Source: Salisapilia sapeloensis CBS 127946
Lineage: Eukaryota; Protista; Oomycota
Reading direction: 5' to 3'
NCBI GenBank assembly: GCA_023334545.1
Contig: JAADVB010000159.1
Coordinates: 1 to 44,243, forward strand
Length of the DNA stretch: 44,243 bases
Numbering within the stretch: position 1 is the stretch's first letter; every line of letters begins with the position of its first letter. Below are positions 43,310 through 44,243 of this stretch, in pieces. The notes beneath the pieces are model-generated. The model worked only from the letters and a program-made list of their open reading frames with translations, searched no databases and was not told where the DNA came from. The position numbers were made by a program, and so were the translations under genes.

Positions 43310-44243
43310 TTACTGCTTGAATGATCCATCCTCATTGACGGTGTCCTTGTAGCTCGCGCCATTGTGACGATGCGAGTAGCGGTTCGAGACACGGGTAAGA
43401 GCAGAGTTCATGCTCTCTCGATCTTCTTCCGTAAACTCGGTCTCGCCAACCCAGTGCGCAACAATCCGGGAGACGCATGCGTCACCAGTGATATTCGTGG
43501 CCGTGGCAAAGCGGTCGAGCAGCCAATCGGTCGCAACGATGAAGGTGAAGGAGGGTGGAAGGGGCACTGAGGAGAAGACACTCGTCCAGACAGTCATCGT
43601 GATGACGATGGATGCAGAAGGTACTGGGCCCGCACCAATCGCTCCGAGTGTCGATACGAGGATGATAAGGAAGTACTCTACATTTCCAACGAGATAGCCC
43701 ATGCCTGCCGCCTCAGCCATGAAGACGACAGCGATCGGGTAGCAGATACCAGATCCGTCCATGTTGATAGTGGCACCGAGCGAAAGAACGAAGCGAGAGA
43801 CCGTCTTGGACACTTGCTTTGTTGAATCGACGCAACGCATCGTGACAGGCAACGTGGCCATGGAAGATGCACAAGAGACTGCGAACACCTGCGCTGGGAA
43901 GATGTTGCTCATGTACTTATAGGGGTTGATGCGCGTGAAGGCAAACACGAGCGTAGGGTAGACGACCCACATGTGGAACACCATGCCGACGATGGAAGCA
44001 CCGACAAAAGCAGCAACGTCGGTGACGAGGATCTTCAAGTCTTCCTGCTCAGCGATGGTTTCCGCTAGTAGAGAGATGAGCGCGACAGGTGTGCAAGCGA
44101 TGACCCACTGGATGATCTTCATAAAGACCTCGTTGACTTCCTGGAAAAAGTTGGCCAGAAGCGTCATGTCTTCTGGTAGGAGGGAGATGGCGACACCGAA
44201 CGGCACGGCGAACGCAATGATAGAGAGCAAATTCGCTTCGGCA
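43310..44243 (-). CDS. Dicarboxylate/amino-acid:cation symporter (DAACS/SLC1-like), 3' portion; 5' end lies outside the window
   Basis: HP1 AVSCASSMATLP, TM7 GATINMDGS, HP2 LGAIGAGPVPSA, TM8 DWLLDRFATATNITGD. The frame stays open to the window edge. Confidence 0.92.
   Translation of the reverse strand, partial: AEANLLSIIAFAVPFGVAISLLPEDMTLLANFFQEVNEVFMKIIQWVIACTPVALISLLAETIAEQEDLKILVTDVAAFVGASIVGMVFHMWVVYPTLVFAFTRINPYKYMSNIFPAQVFAVSCASSMATLPVTMRCVDSTKQVSKTVSRFVLSLGATINMDGSGICYPIAVVFMAEAAGMGYLVGNVEYFLIILVSTLGAIGAGPVPSASIVITMTVWTSVFSSVPLPPSFTFIVATDWLLDRFATATNITGDACVSRIVAHWVGETEFTEEDRESMNSALTRVSNRYSHRHNGASYKDTVNEDGSFKQ

Noticed and set aside
9515-44230. Numerous antisense and alternate-frame ORFs over GC-rich genes (e.g. 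9515-9961, 24538-25131, 25873-26442, 32274-32630, 35997-36578)
   Set aside because: Shadow ORFs produced by codon bias of the real genes; no independent motifs.
1-44243. tRNA, rRNA or CRISPR candidates (GGTTCGA-like words at ~32074 and ~43381)
   Set aside because: These fall inside CDSs with no cloverleaf; no regularly spaced direct repeats or rRNA-like sequence were seen.

Overview
Gene-dense eukaryotic DNA with short GT-AG introns (mostly 53-72 nt), most consistent with an oomycete or related stramenopile; the taxon is inferred from intron size and an oomycete-style GPI-anchored protein. About 14 protein-coding genes can be supported. The standout is at 706-9269 (-): four ORF-track fragments plus two small unlisted exons splice, through five phase-0 introns, into one ~2,750-aa ion channel with four tandem 6TM-pore-CNBD repeats. 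Its selectivity filter is asymmetric (TTLGQGD / STVGYGD / TVVCFGD / TTISYGD) and only one cNMP-binding site is canonical. Other unusual architectures: a signal-anchor/kinase/C2H2-finger/PP2C fusion placed head-to-head with a second PP2C, a TM-PXA-RUN-DysF-PX-PXC sorting nexin, and a PH-domain/PP2A-B56 fusion. Ordinary genes include glucosidase II alpha (GH31), mitochondrial uL3, a DUF2462-like protein, a PX protein, a HAD hydrolase, type II pantothenate kinase and a truncated DAACS transporter. No RNA genes, CRISPR arrays or recognisable transposons could be supported. Exon boundaries were read by hand and domain calls are by motif recognition, not database search.
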